A DNA stretch of 64,000 bases, taken from assembly GCF_037042905.1 (NCBI RefSeq), contig NC_087251.1, forward strand, positions 4,776,001 to 4,840,000, read 5' to 3'. The DNA is from Lytechinus pictus (lineage: Eukaryota). This document shows positions 50,684 to 64,000 of this stretch, piece after piece; positions within the stretch are counted from its first letter, which is position 1; each line of letters opens with the position of its first letter. The notes below the pieces were generated by a model. It saw nothing but the letters and a program-made list of their open reading frames with translations, was not told where the DNA came from and ran no database searches. Both the position numbers and the translations under genes were made by a program.

Positions 50684-51733
50684 AGGCTCGGTCACACCAC
50701 CCGAACTTTGTTGGAGCGTTCATTGTACGGAGAGGGGGCCGAATTTCGACAACGCTCGTCACCGCGAACAAAAAAAGGGGGGGGGGTCGAAAACACGGGC
50801 GTTGCCGTAGCGGTGCACCGCTGAAACCGACGTTGCTTTAGCGTTGGTTTAACGATAGCTAGCGGTAGCGAGCGTTGGTTTAGCGGTGACGCGAGCGCTG
50901 ATAGAGCGGCGTTATGTGCATGCGGGCGTTGGCTCGGCGGGGGGTTTGCAGTTGGTTTAGCGGCATACTGCTTTTGACTACGGAGCTGAACGGATCGCTT
51001 TAAGAGCAGTTCTGATAGATTTTTTAGAGAAGTCGATAGTTGAAGTTCATAATGCCACGTGTCACGCTGATTCTGCTGCTGGACTAGCGTACCAATTTTA
51101 GCAAGTCTCCCAGCATCCATGGAAGTACAGTTATAATGTAACTTTGAGCAAATTCGATACAAAATTAATGAGGACTGCACTCAACGGCAGCTGGATTCCA
51201 AATGGGCTCCTGTCCAATTTTTCCCCGTATTTATTGCCAAATTCTGGTCCCGCTCAGACACCTCCATACCAACACCAAGCCAAAGTTCATCACCGCAATG
51301 GATCGCTGCTCCAAGGCCCGACGCCGTTCCAGCAATCCCGTGTCCGGTCGTAAAACGCTTACAACCGCTCAACCAAAGTTTGTGCAACGTTTAATCACCG
51401 CCTGGGCAAAGCTGGCGAAGCAGTGGTGGTCCTAGCGGACTCAAGCGTCCACGAACTTACGTCTAGCGGTGCCAAACTTTGACTGGGCATTGTTGGAGCG
51501 GTGGTGAACTTTGCCGGAGCGGGAAATTGCCCGCTCCTCAACGCTAGCAATATTTTGTGCAGCTCAAATCTTTCGGAGCGGTAGGAGGGACCATCAGCGG
51601 TGGCCGAGTGTATACGGCGTTGCCTTAACGGGGGCTAACTTCTGTTAAACGGTGGTGAACGGTAACGAGAGGAGATGATTTTTTCACCGCCCTAGGAACG
51701 CTCCAGCAAAGTTCTGGCGGTGTGACCAGGCCT
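50684..51733. mobile_element. 1.05-kb non-autonomous PIF/Harbinger-like element
   Basis: TTA TSD (50681-50683, 51734-51736); ~38-bp imperfect TIR AGGC(TC/CT)GGTCACACC..GAACTTTG(T/C)TGGAGCGTTC; GC-rich with many (a)gcggt subterminal motifs. Confidence 0.85.
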
Positions 51734-52293
51734 TTAACATTGAAGCATGAGAAAAGAGCACGGTAAACGTAAAAAGGTTGCAACATAATATTCGCATTTT
51801 TAGACCATGGCCTAAGTTAAACTGAAATTTAGAACAAAGGAAACCCATATGCAGGAGAATGTCTTTGATGGGCGCGCAGGTGCGGTAGCGTGAATTGCGT
51901 ACATGATTTTCAGACCAGACTCATTTTATTCATCTTTTTTTTTGTTAACTGAAAGTCGAATTTGAAAGTCAATATGGCTACATTAACTTTGACCGAATAG
52001 AAAGAAATACGGGTCGTCATAGCAATCCAATTCAGGAATTTGTTATATCGGCAGTAATTTTTTAAATGCTGAATTTAGTTATGATACTACATTACATTTC
52101 GTCACTCGTGTTGATTGAAATATAAAAATAATGATGTACTCAAGACCACCAATAATATACCTTGATTATGCATATTTTTTTTAAATGTTTCTTTAGTGTA
52201 CTAGTATTTATTTCAATCACGTTCTAAAATATTCACACTCATCTTTAAACAACTGTAAAGACAATTTTGTTAAAACTATTTTAACATTATACA

Positions 52294-52426
52294 TGTATTG
52301 TAAATACAAAAGCTTTCAACCCTTATGATCGCATTGATCGATCTATCTGTAAGCCAGAAAAAAGATAGATCGATAAATGCAATCTTATTTACTGGGTTGA
52401 AAGCCATAAATTGTAATTACAATACA
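52294..52426. repeat. Imperfect palindrome / old MITE
   Basis: tgtattgtaa..gctttcaaccc..atcgatctatct mirrored by agatagatcgat..gggttgaaagc..ttacaataca. Confidence 0.65.
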
Positions 52427-53848
52427 ATGAAACTTTCCCAGCAAACCTATTTTGGACATGATATACAGTAAAAATTACAAGATAACAGTAACACACATTG
52501 TGATAATAAAAGAGCTAATATTTACAATTTAAAGGAAGGGTATGAGAACTTCGTACATTTAAATAAGATGCATATGTCTATCTAGTAATAAATCTAGAAT
52601 AGTCATGTTATTTTAAAGAAATCTTAATAGGCTTTTTAAAATTGTCATAAGAAGATGTAACAATGCAATATATTTTATGGATAGATGAAATAAGCCTTAG
52701 CAACCCATCATGATTAAGGATGAGTCTAATAACATTTCAGCTTGAAAGAGGTAGATGAGGTAGATGGTATATTATCTGCCCTAATTATGATAATACAATA
52801 AATAATCTGACTATTTGAAATTCAAAGACGCATTTCTTTCTGTTTTATCATGAAACTTACATTCATATTCATAATATTGTGTTCAAATTTTTACAAAATA
52901 TATTCCTAAATTTTAAAATGTTATGGGACGTGGATGTTATCTGGGCACTTACATTGTGGATATCAGCCAACTTTGTCAACTTAGCGACCAAACAACGAAT
53001 ACCATCAGATTCACGTAAATATTTAATCTCAGCACTAATAGCGAAATTCCTGGCAATAATCATGACCTGTCATTGAGAACCATGGATAGGTGGCATACGG
53101 CATTCTCTATATTTTACCGATGAGGGCAGTATTATGGGAATACAGAATTAGTATAAGCAGATATTACCAATTTTTGCAAGATGTTAATTTCACTTCATAA
53201 AACATTTACCTGTTAGATGCATGCTTATTAAACTCTTAATATCAACATCCTATAGTACGAGCGCACAGTGCATTTTTTCTTGTATAATAAATAGATTGAG
53301 GCCCGCCCGTCACCTCTGGATTTGTCAATGAAATTGATTGCCAATATTAAGTCTTTAAACATTAAAGTTGTAGCTCTAGTTAAAAACCACTTTCCGGCTT
53401 TCGGTCACAACTTTGGCGAATTCGGTCGTTTACATTAACAAGGCAACCATTACTGGGCAGCGTTATACCATCTAATTAGAAAAGATCCTAAAAATGTAAA
53501 ACCGTCAAAGTTAGCAAACATATTTGGCAACATTCAAACGATGAGACCTATCATAACGGCCGCTACACACTTTTAACAGAACCTAATTATTCATTGGCAT
53601 ACAGATGTGTGTGTGTGGGGGGGGGGGGGGGGGCTTGAGGGCCACACAAATTTCATGACCAAGAAAAAGAAAGTGATAAAAAGAAAGAAAAGGGAACGAA
53701 AATGGTGAGAAATTATACGACTTTCCGAATGATATGCCAAAATCTATAACAATATTAGGGGTTTGTACTAAAAAAAAAAAACTTTTTAGCTCGCTCGCAT
53801 TTTTTAAAATGATCCCCCGTACTATGCAAACTGTAAATTGTATGCTCT

Positions 53849-54031
53849 TCATTTGACGATGAGAATTTGATCCAATGGTTTGCGTTTAAAATCAGGAACG
53901 GTAGCATCTTTAGCAGGGTAGCCAACGGGTAGAAGTAGTAGCACCTTTTCATTAACTGGTCTGTGTAGTAGAGCACGCAGTTTGGGTCCAGCATTCATCG
54001 GGGTGCTTGTTAGAGTAACCAAACCAGCATT
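53849..54031 (-). CDS. IYD: IYD terminal coding exon
   Basis: tccag|AAT acceptor; NAGLVTLTSTPMNAGPKLRALLHRPVNEKVLLLLPVGYPAKDATVPDFKRKPLDQILIVK-stop. Confidence 0.95.
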   Translation of the reverse strand, partial: NAGLVTLTSTPMNAGPKLRALLHRPVNEKVLLLLPVGYPAKDATVPDFKRKPLDQILIVK

Positions 54032-54536
54032 CTGGAGAGAAAACAAAATATTCATAAGAAACATTTTGATGGTCAAATTACATATAAAATATGGTTTGTA
54101 ACCCTGTGTACCCTTTTGATTAAAATGTTTAAATAAAAAAAAAATCCTTGTAAAATTCAATATAAAGTGATTAAAATATGCATTCAGCTTGAAAGCCATG
54201 GTCCAGGTCAAGGCCAAAGACCAGGGTCCCTTTTATAAAGATTTGTTAATAACAAATAAACTATTTCTATAACAAACTTACCATCAGCCAATCAGATTGA
54301 AAGATTTCCTATCTAAATAACGATGGCGCCGCCCCTGAGAAATGTTTTTTTTTTTCAGTCTTCGGGGGACAGTCAAGAGCATAGACTTATGTTCATACAC
54401 ATCAAGGCATTCCTGAACATCAATATGGTTATCATATCGAGAATACTGGCAGTCAGAACAGGCCAGTAAATTACAACATTACGTAGGTATACATAATCAG
54501 AATCACTCCCGATTTTCTTTGGTGGAAACATTTTAC

Positions 54537-54632
54537 CTGAATAGCAGCGAGTAGGAGTCCCACAGATATGCCCGCACTCGTCTCATGGTAATAATGCGTC
54601 TTTCTTCTTCCATCAGCTCGAAACCCATATGA
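54537..54632 (-). CDS. IYD: IYD exon (96 nt; SYGFRADGRRKTHYYHETSAGISVGLLLAAIQ)
   Basis: aacag|TCA acceptor, CAG|gtaaa donor; HYY.E.S..I..G.LLAA.Q motif. Not in the ORF track. Confidence 0.93.
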
Positions 54633-55035
54633 CTGTTAAAAACAAACAAAGGTAGAAGAGGGAAATTAATAATAGCTCATTATCGTGATTATAATGTTCT
54701 TTTATAATCAAACAGTAGACATTGGCCTCCATCCCCAAAATAAATTATTCCATTGGTCAACTCTTCTGAATTCCTAAAAACGTGAATCAGTCAATCTACT
54801 TACACCAACCATTGCCAATCGTCACTACTCAACTCCTTTATTTTATGAGAACGAACAGGGGTAATATTATCCGTCTTTCATTCATACATTGTCTCTAGAT
54901 AATGATAATGATGCATCTTGTCTACTTCAAAACGTAGCACTTTAATTATTCCTGGTTTTATACATTAGGACCTACTTTCAAATGATGCCTTCTATTAATT
55001 TTGACAGTTTTTACCTGGCACTTTCTATAATTTAC

Positions 55036-55256
55036 CTGTTTGAAGACAACAATGAGATAAGGAGCAGTCTTGAGATATGGCTTCCTCCATGAAGTTCCTA
55101 CGCTTTTGAGATCATCAAGCCAGGTTTGACCCATTCTTTTCTCGTAATTAATTTTTTCTTCTGCTTCAATGATCGTTGCTATCTGTTCTTTGAGATCTGT
55201 ATCTTTCACAGCCACGAAGGTCCATGGTTCCGTGTGCGCCCCACTAGGACCAGTTC
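55036..55256 (-). CDS. IYD: IYD exon (substrate-binding lid)
   Basis: [13 protein letters not shown] and [11 protein letters not shown]...WRKPYL motifs retain the Glu/Tyr/Lys substrate-binding triad; GT-AG ends, phase 1 to 0. Confidence 0.95.
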
Positions 55257-56327
55257 CTGACAAAAGTAAAGGTGTACATTATGCATGGTGACTGACGATC
55301 ATGATTATGAAAATAATAAGCAGTGGCGTACAGACTCGGGGCTTGGGGCTCTTGAGCCCCCAAATCTTTCACGACCAAGATATAAAAAAGTAGAGAAAAG
55401 GGAATACAAAAGAGGGAAATGTGATATCATTTTTTAAATATCATTTCAAAAATATGCCACAAAATTTGATGTTTAAAAAAAGAAGTCGAAATTTTTGCTC
55501 GCTCGCAACTTTTTGATAACTTTTGCCCGATACGCCGTATCTAGCCCCTCAATTTTTTTTACTCATTATGCTACTGCTGGTGAATATAGGATGGACAAAA
55601 TATAAGAGGCGATTTGGATGTAGGATGTGGAGGGGGGGGGGTAGTGGTGAATGTCCATCGATCGTGCCTTTGCAGGTGAGCTGTTTGTCAGTTACGCACA
55701 ACATACACGGGACTGGTAACCTTTTCTTGCGCTTAAGTAGATTCTAAATAAATCAACTAAAAGCTGAAGTCAAATCTTTTAAGATTAAACGAAATGTTGT
55801 TAACAAGCGTTCGAATGCTGCTTTGTTATTTGTCAGTATTTCATTTTAATTATAGAACGCTAATTCAAATTATGAAATTCTGAGTATCTCAATTAGCATG
55901 AGAAAAGATCTCCGGTCATCTGTAACTTACAACAGCTTTATGAAATGGCCTCAGGACACTTAGGCAGATAAAATCGTCGCCACCATTTTCCTAAGATATG
56001 CTCACAAAATATACAAAATATCACAAACTTTTGCAAAGGTATGTGTTTCGTAATATTATCTGATATTAATTTCGAACACTGCCGTCGAAGATTACCGTCT
56101 GGTGTTCCGGACCCCCCCCCCCCACCGACATACTTTCCTGGATATTGCCTATCTTCCTGAATCGCACCTGCCCATATAACGATAACGTTTGTTCTGACTT
56201 TCTAGGCGAAAGCTGTTAACTGAGGAGGTCAGCGAAAAACAAAATACCAAATTATTTATTAGCAAATCTGAAAGATATCACTTTATATAAATTGGACAAC
56301 AACGTTTAAAAGCGTGGAATATCATAC

Positions 56328-56426
56328 TGACTACTACTACTACTAATGAAGATGATGGTAATAATAATGATAATAACAACAATAATAGTAATAATAATAA
56401 TAGTAATGATGATGATGATAATAATA

Positions 56427-56459
<33 letters not shown>

Positions 56460-56515
56460 ATACTAATAATAAGAATGATAAACAGAAACTATAATGATAA
56501 CAATCATAATCATCG
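56328..56515. repeat. (TAC)n/(AAT)n/(GAT)n microsatellite in an IYD intron
   Basis: Seen directly; explains the poly-Leu and poly-Ile ORFs. Confidence 0.95.
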
Positions 56516-56785
56516 TGATCAGGTGATAACGATAGTGAGTTCAATATTTATTTATATCATTAATATTTCTGCTATTACTACTACCACTGCTATTTATACT
56601 CTGATATTGGTACCGTTTCCACTTGTACATGCACTTCTACCTCTTATTAACATGTGACACAATAGTAATTCTTGAATTTGTCTCTGGGCATATTTAAAAC
56701 TTCTCTGAAAATCATTGACCTGATCGTAAATGCAAATTGCATGTTCTGCCCAAACCCTTTCACATATGCATTTAGGCCTACATAC

Positions 56786-56986
56786 CTGCAGTCCTTATAA
56801 GATTCCCAATGACCGCTGCTGGTATTGGATCTGTAGAGAACATTCGTACGGAACGCCGTTGATTCATGTCGTGGTAAAATTTCTCTGACCGCTGCGTCAT
56901 CTCGTCGTCACTGTAACGCGGTAAACCATACGGTATGTGACGCCCTCCTGAGGCCAGTGCTTCCCAGTCAACGTCCACATCATTAT
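56786..56986 (-). CDS. IYD: Iodotyrosine deiodinase (nitroreductase fold), first visible exon
   Basis: ccag|AT acceptor, GCAG|gtatg donor; HIPY..PRYSDDEMTQRSEKFYHDMNQRRSVRMFS.DPIP...NLIRTAG. Confidence 0.93.
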
Positions 56987-58167
56987 CTGGATTAGACGAG
57001 TTGAAAATCAAGATACATAGGAGGATGAAGTGACGAAAAAATGAGGGTGAAAGACAGGAGGGAAAGGTCAGCCGCAGGAAGAAAACAGAAAAGAAAAAGA
57101 GATTCGGTATACATTACATGATGAATATTTAGTCAAATCAGCACTGTAGAAGTAAAAAAAAATTACAGCAGTAACATAAAGTTATGAAAATGGGTTTTAA
57201 ATCTTAGTTGCTCCTCCATACTCTGAAATTTTTGTAGTTGCAGATCATTTTAATGATTGGGAGTACGCGCCCCTTTCCTCATCGGCTGCCGTCTCAACAG
57301 CAACAAAACGAAACAAGGAAGGAAAAAGTAGAAAAGAAGAGGGAGAGAAATAATGCAAACACGTATAACAGTGCTATAATCCATAGGCCCTGATCCACAA
57401 GGGAGTGAAAGGCTGCGACGGGACACGACGCTCGCGCCGTGACGCTCGCGTTGCCTGTTCCTATATTTTTATACAATAGGAACGGCGCTCAAAGCTTTCC
57501 GTTTTCAATAAAATACTTCTGCTCGTGCTTCGAGCTTTTCAATATTTTGTTTAGTGAAATACTCATCTTTTAGGTATGAATATCAAAGATTTATAGCTCG
57601 CGCTTCGCGTTCACATTGATGAGATGTGTATGCTCTTCAGGTCAAAATATAAAGTAAAATAGTGAGATACTCTCAATGAATTACTACAAACAATATTTAA
57701 AATGTCTCTTTTTCAATTCAGCTCGCATATCGCTCACGCAATATTTGATAAGTGGGATACTTGCTAATGATGACAAAAAAATGCTCGTCTTTTAGGTCTA
57801 AATATCAAAAGATTTTAATCGTATATACGGCTTGCGCTCGCGTTTCTTTATTATTTTTGTTCGGAGATACATGTACGTATCCTCTTTATCATGTCTCTAT
57901 ATGTCTAACAGTGCTTAAAACCTTCCTATTTTGGTTCAATATTACATGGAAATGATAATAACATAAACATTTTTATGAGATACGTGACACGATTAAAACA
58001 AGTCCTCAAATTGTGTCCAGGAATGAATATCAACAATTTTAGCGCTCACTTTATTGAGATGCGTTTCCTATCATGAATTTCTACGACAGTCCTTTGAAAT
58101 TTTAAGTTGTTCATGCCAATATACCTAGATATCGAATGACTCACATTTTATATTTTGTGGCTCCACC

Positions 58168-58440
58168 CAGTGGTGAATCAAGGTAGGAGCATATCTGGCC
58201 CGTGCCCCCCCCCCCTTCAGTGCCATAACAAAATAATTATTGTTAGGGGAATATGTCGTGCATACGCAGTTGAGGCTCTTTTTTGTTTGTTTTTGCTTGT
58301 CAAATTTTTATTGACCATTGATTTTTTAATCACCATTGATTGGGAGTGACCTATTTTTTGTGGGGGTGGGGGCTTGTTATTTTTTTCTGTACAAATGCCA
58401 GTCCCCCCCCCCCCCTTGGAAAATCCTGGATCCGCCCCTG
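58168..58440. mobile_element. CAGGGGCGGATCCAG-family MITE (related copy at 62512-62740)
   Basis: cagtggtgaatc ... ctggatccgcccctg ends; C-tracts. Confidence 0.6.
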
Positions 58441-59346
58441 GCCCCTCCCATGCTGCGACCCATATGATACGCCTTTGGTAGCAATGTTCCATTGACGGCA
58501 CTGTGCTATTGGAATTTCTGTGTTTGTATTTGGATGTGAACATTAATTTTGTCACTTGACACTTGATGCTTTGTAAGTAAGAGGAAATTGTGTTTCCAAT
58601 TCCGCTCCCAAACTCTAAAAATATATTTTTAGTACTCATAAGAATAGACAGACGGATTGTCAATTATTTCTATGCATCAGATCTGAAATCATCAGTGACA
58701 GGAAATATTTAGTCAAACAGTGGCATACGTGATTCGTTTACATAGCATTCGTAGTTTAATGTTTTGTATTAGTTAAAAAAGTCACATTCTTTTTTATTTT
58801 TATTTTTAATTTATGTTTATGTTCAGATGTTATTTTAATGTTCACACCCCTCTTTGTTTCTTTTAACTTAATTTCTATTCTATGTTTTTGGCATCACTAC
58901 AAAGTGCATACAGGGGCATAGAAACGGTTTTTAAGAGGGGGTGCTGCATGGTCTCTTAAAAAAACATGTTTGACAAGGAGAAAGAAAGGGTTTTCACTCC
59001 AAAGTGAAGGTGGTTTTTATCATAAAAATTGAGAAAAAAATTGCTCCCAAATCTCTACACAGCATACCAACCTTATTTCCAGACAGATCATTTGGGGTAC
59101 CCCTCTTCCAAAGGCCATGAGTTCAGAGTTTACTCATATGCTGTAACTATCTAATGCTGTCACAACACATAATGACAGCTATCAATTGTGTCGTGGTTAA
59201 TGAGTTTGCCATGGGTACGAATATTGCTCAGGTCATGTGATGGTGATGTATCACACGATCAACAGGCTACAGTCACACCGATGAAACCGACTTCAAACAG
59301 ACCGATTGTATGTCATAGGTGACACCGTATAATAGCTTTGATCGGT

Positions 59347-59508
59347 CTGGTCCCGTAACACAAAGGTTAGCGATATGATCGCTAATTTGAATCAACAATA
59401 TTTATTGGTTCCTAGTCAGTCTACGAAACAAAGTGCGCTTGCAACGATGATCTTGATAGGCCAATTCATTTAACGATTAATCGCTTACCTTTGTGTTACG
59501 GGGCCCAA
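59347..59508. mobile_element. ~160-bp MITE (family of 5125-5286)
   Basis: cccgtaacacaaagg ... cctttgtgttacggg TIRs; reverse-complement similarity to 5125-5286. Confidence 0.8.
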
Positions 59509-59799
59509 GTCTCGATTTCACCGGTGTTACTTTGGCATTAGGCCTTGGGACATGAAAGGTGTATTCATGTTGGCATGTATGTACAGACATTGGTCCATAA
59601 GCTAGTCCTGATAAACGAGGATAATTGATTAATTATTGCCTTTTAAACATGATCAAGGTCAATTTAGTCAGGATACCCATATGGGATTCGAATTTCTAAA
59701 AAGTGGTCGTTTTTTTTTACTTTCCAGATTTATGGGCGGAGATAGTGGAAAACAAAGCCCGTTGGTATTGGTTGGTTATCATGGCCAGTCATGTAAGAA

Positions 59800-60110
59800 C
59801 TTTTTGGATGTCGTTCCACAAGTTCTACATTCATGTAGCATCTGAGCAAAGCACACATTTTTTCTACTGTTTAAAAATTGACTGGTTTAAAGATGTTGCA
59901 ATAAATAAAAGGTGTTCATTTCAAAAAGTACAGTTTCCTTCCTCATTACTAAACATGCTAAAGGGGGCACAATAAGGGGGCATAAAATGACAGTGGTGTA
60001 CAACTTTGGGCTGGAAGAGGGATGTTCCCATAAACCCCTATATGGATCCGGGCCTGTGTGTCGAAGTTTGGTATATAGGTTTGTAAATCTTTGGAACACT
60101 TGATCATTGG
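59800..60110 (+). mobile_element. Possible fossil CR1-type LINE ORF2 C-terminus
   Basis: Fragments IRGHKM...YRFVNLWNT resemble the CR1 TRGH..KL...RVVN.WN.LP motif; heavily degenerate. Confidence 0.35.
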
Positions 60111-63100
60111 ATGAATTGGAATTTAATTAAAAATGCTCCATTATTCAATCTCGTTTAAACCCACAAGTCAATGAATATTAGATGATTTAATATGAAACCA
60201 TAGTTCCGTAACAACAAGTGAGTGGATAAGTTCACAATGAGATCATGACTGATGACAAGCGAAGTGTGAGTGTGAGCCACTTTATTAACATTCGAATTTT
60301 ACAGTATAGTTATTGAATTGTGTAACACAAGCTCATGAAAAGCAGTATAATGAATCTTTATTTTTTTACGTTAGTTTGAGTCGATTATAATGTTCATCTA
60401 TAAATAGATATCGTATGAAATCAGTTAGCAATTTCTTAGTATGCCAAGTCAATGGGGGGGGGGGTAAAAATAGCATTTAAAAAGTTCAATTTTCTGCGTG
60501 GAAATGTTCGTCAATGTACATGTAAATTATGTATTGTATTCATGACTCACGACAGAGCAAAGATCAAATCAAAGATCGTCTCCTTTTCATGTCTGAACGA
60601 TAGGACCATCCTTCATGGTTAATAGTATATTTATTTCCATTTCAATGTGAACAAAGTACAAAGTAAGATTGATTAAGCGATCGGCAGAAGAAAAAAAAAT
60701 ATGTCCAATGATTTGAGTTATTCCAAACCAAATTAAACATAAGTGAACTCTTAGAAAATGTAAATAGAAACACGATTGTATGCATTTTTTGGTAGATGTC
60801 TGAATTAGATGCATTATTTGACGTTTGGCTCTCTTTAACATAATGAATTGCTCTAACCTCTTCATTCACATCTTTTCATCGAAATAACAATTTAAAGTAT
60901 TCACTTTAAAATGAGCACCTAGAACAAGAAATTTCCCATAAACACAATCGTTTACAGAAAACTTCCAGAGGCCAAAAGTGAATTCAACGTTGATGCAACA
61001 ATTACTAACATAAAAAGGTGTGTTTCGATGTTATTTTTGTATAGACTCCTATTGTAAAGGCACGTCAAACGATAACAACCATGACAACTCGTGTGAAAAT
61101 TGTTTTACTTTTCTTTCATAACCTCCGGCCAGATTCATGAGAAGTTCGCACAGGCAAGGGTCTAATGGCGTCAATCACACACAAAATTTACACGTTAGGA
61201 GAGTCATTATTTCCACATCAAACTTATATTTCAAAATATTCAATATATCTTTCCGTTTTGAGAGTTGTTCTGAATTCCCCTCTTTACAATGACATAAAAA
61301 AGACAAATATTTGTTCATGCTTGACCTAACACTGACAATTCATAACCAGAATGTTACAAAATTGATAACGGTCTTGTTGCCAAAACTGAAGGAAATTGAT
61401 ACAATTCAAGTAGCAGTCTGAAATTGAGTATTTACTCCCAATTGAATGTTTTACTCCTTGTATTCATGTATGATGCTGTTGGAAGTATATGTCAATTCGT
61501 TATCATGAATATATTAATAGGCCTATTATTTTTTCAGCTATTTATGCCTATTGAGTGGAATGTAAACAAGGAATGATTATGGATTTGACTGAATTATCAG
61601 TCTTTGTACTTCACGTTTTGGACTACAGAAACTTTCGAAAATGGGCAGAGAGAAAAATCAAAGAACATGTTTATTTTCTAGGGGATATTGCTTAAAGGAT
61701 ATCTGTTATACTGGAAAAACTATAAATTTGGCAATATTTTTCTTGACTGAATGTCTGACATGTTGATTTGATATACGTACGTTGAGTAAAATGTCCGGTC
61801 AACATGATGGTCAAATTTTCACTTAAATGACACTTAGAGTACATAATTAATCCTCAATCATGCAAATACAAATTAAAGATAAATAAAATAGTGCCACATA
61901 AATCATATATACAGCACAGGCCCCCAAAACACGAAATGTTAAATCAACAATTAAAGGTATATCATGTATATGGAGGAGTGACAACCTTTTCTAAATGTTA
62001 CATTTTCCACTTAAAATTGTTCGACCAAACAATTAAATTGTTGGATTCAGCTTTATGCAAGGTTGGATATAACATTTGGAGAAGGTTGCCACTCCTCCAA
62101 CCTTTCAGTTGTTAATTTAACGTTTCAGTTTTTAGAGTGGATCAGCTCATTTTGATTGTTGGTACGCCTCCTCAAATCATCGTTAAGATACAGGAAACTT
62201 TCGGTTATTTATTAATATTTCAAATATCCTGCATATTTAGAAACTTAATTTGAATAGACTTTCCAATGGTGATGCATTGTTCATTTTTCTTATGCACCGT
62301 CTATATACGCAAAACGACGACATTGGCATGTGATCTGCCCGACGACAGATAAAAAGAAAACTTCATAATTTACATATCAACTAGGTATGTGTAGTGGCTT
62401 GGTCTTTTTTCGAAATAATTTCATGAAGGTAAAAGCTTGGGGTCGACATTATTCAAGGTAAAGAAAAAGGATTTGAAAAATATAAGCATTTTTACTTCCT
62501 ACAAGGTGAGAACAGGGGCGGATCCAGGATTGTCCAAAAGGGAGGCACATTTTCCCTAGAAAAATTAGACAAGCCAAAAAATAAAGGCCTTCACTTTCAA
62601 AAGGAGGGCGGGGAGCACACATCCGTTTTAACGGCATTTTTACATTACAAATTTTAATTGTGCCTCTCAAAGGGGGGGGGGCACAGCCGGCCCGTGCCCC
62701 CCCCCCCCCCCTTGAGAGGCACAATTAAAATCCACCAGTGGGTGAGATCATTAAAGGGCATTATTCCGCTGAATACTAAAAAAAATTGCAGCCTAAATGA
62801 AACTTTTACCAACCTTTTGGGGTGTAATCTTGCACCCTAAAGTGTCTTTTAAGGTGCATAATAAATGAGCACCCCAACCCCTAGGGTTCAAATTTGAATC
62901 CATATTTCTCTGTGAGTACAAATCAAACTGTCATTTTATTATACGAAACTATTGTCTTTTCAAACTATTTACATACTTGGGGGTGTGTATGTACTTTTGC
63001 ATGATAAAGCGGAGCTCAAATAAACATTCCTTAATTTATGTCACGAGGGTCCAAAGTCATGATCGAGCAAAAAAAGTATCGTGGAAGGTTAAACCATGGA

Positions 63101-64000
63101 GCTTATCCTTCATTGAAGTTTATAAGTTATAAGGACTCCGGTATGCCAAGAAACTTCTCAATGGTCGTGCAAACGTAACATCTATTGTAACAAATAATTG
63201 TATCAATGATGGAAACAAAATGACTAGTGACATATTTTCATGCATATTGAAAAACAATTAAAAAGATATGAATTTTGAAATCTAAACATAGCATCTGAAA
63301 TGAGATTTTGTACCAACCCCCCCCCCAAAAAAAAAAAATCCAGTTGGACCGATATGAACACGAAGTTTTTCCCATACCGTGATAATAAAGTATGAAAATG
63401 TATGAAACATTTTTTTTTCTCCATCAAGAAGAATTCTTTTACTATAGGCTACATATTACCCAAAATTAATTGACGAGGAAATGAGGTTGATCGCCTTATT
63501 CTCCCCAAATTAATGAACAGCATAAAATTAGCTCGAATTTTGCTAAAATGCTACCAATTTCTTTATAATTCTGCTATGTTTAAGAGAATTTTCAATTTTG
63601 AGTTATTTGTCGGGTGTAAATCAGTACTGTCCATCGGGATGTTGAAATCTCATAGTCCTTAAAAAAGGCGTGCATCTTTATTGCCTAGACCAATCTTCAA
63701 AGGGTATGACATTGTCTATACAGTATAGAGATCAAATAGAAAAAAAATCTACTAGTAAATATTGTTCGCTTCTACAGTGCGTATAAAAAAAAGTTTACAC
63801 TTTGAAAAAGCCCTGGGAATTAAAAAATATACAACATGTGGGTAATTTATTCACATATAATCTTGGGTTGGGTCTCATCTATCCAATGGAAGTAAAAGTT
63901 TTGACAGAATGATATACTTGAGTGAGCACTGTCCATTTTTGTAAAGCTCGCAGAAATCTGTTTGCGCAGAAATGCTGGTTTTCACGCTGTGTCAAGGGGA

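Noticed and set aside
50692..51180. 162-aa ORF as a transposase
   Set aside because: No DDE or other recognisable motif; the open frame is explained by GC-rich repeat sequence.
52560..53200. Fossil L2/Crack LINE on the minus strand
   Set aside because: Only a vague resemblance; too degenerate to support without a search.
59728..59792. Plus-strand exon-like segment (tttccag|...|gtaaga) antisense to the IYD intron
   Set aside because: It is isolated, has no partner exons, and lies next to a probable LINE fossil.
60551..60865. IYD first exon candidate ending at the gtgagt donor (60550)
   Set aside because: The available ATG frames end in the wrong phase or hit stops, and there is no convincing anchor sequence.

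Overview
AT-rich, intron-containing animal genomic DNA. The repeat families and gene set suggest a sea urchin or other echinoderm (inference, not verified). Three spliced genes can be assembled with GT-AG boundaries and consistent phases. (1) The 3' part of a cyclic-nucleotide-gated channel gene (+; exons 250-429, 758-840, 3785-3975, 6167-6225, 6721-6756, 7416-8018). (2) A complete Msxlx-type NK-class homeobox gene (+; 30596-31202, 36584-36753, 41440-41910; 415 aa). (3) Iodotyrosine deiodinase IYD (-; 56986-56786, 55256-55036, 54632-54537, 54031-53849; first exon not found). The 15-25 kb interval is a dense transposon hotspot. It holds a 3.93-kb foldback element with a 6-bp TSD and a four-level nested stack centred on a 4.27-kb TTAA-flanked Kolobok-like element; inside that element, two 180-bp elements each carry their own 9-bp TSD. 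Msxlx intron 2 holds an inverted Penelope-like terminus with a minimal hammerhead-ribozyme core. I see no convincing wholly new biological system. The best leads are the foldback architecture, the hammerhead, the twin insertions and an unusual CNG C-helix. All family assignments come from recalled knowledge, not database searches.
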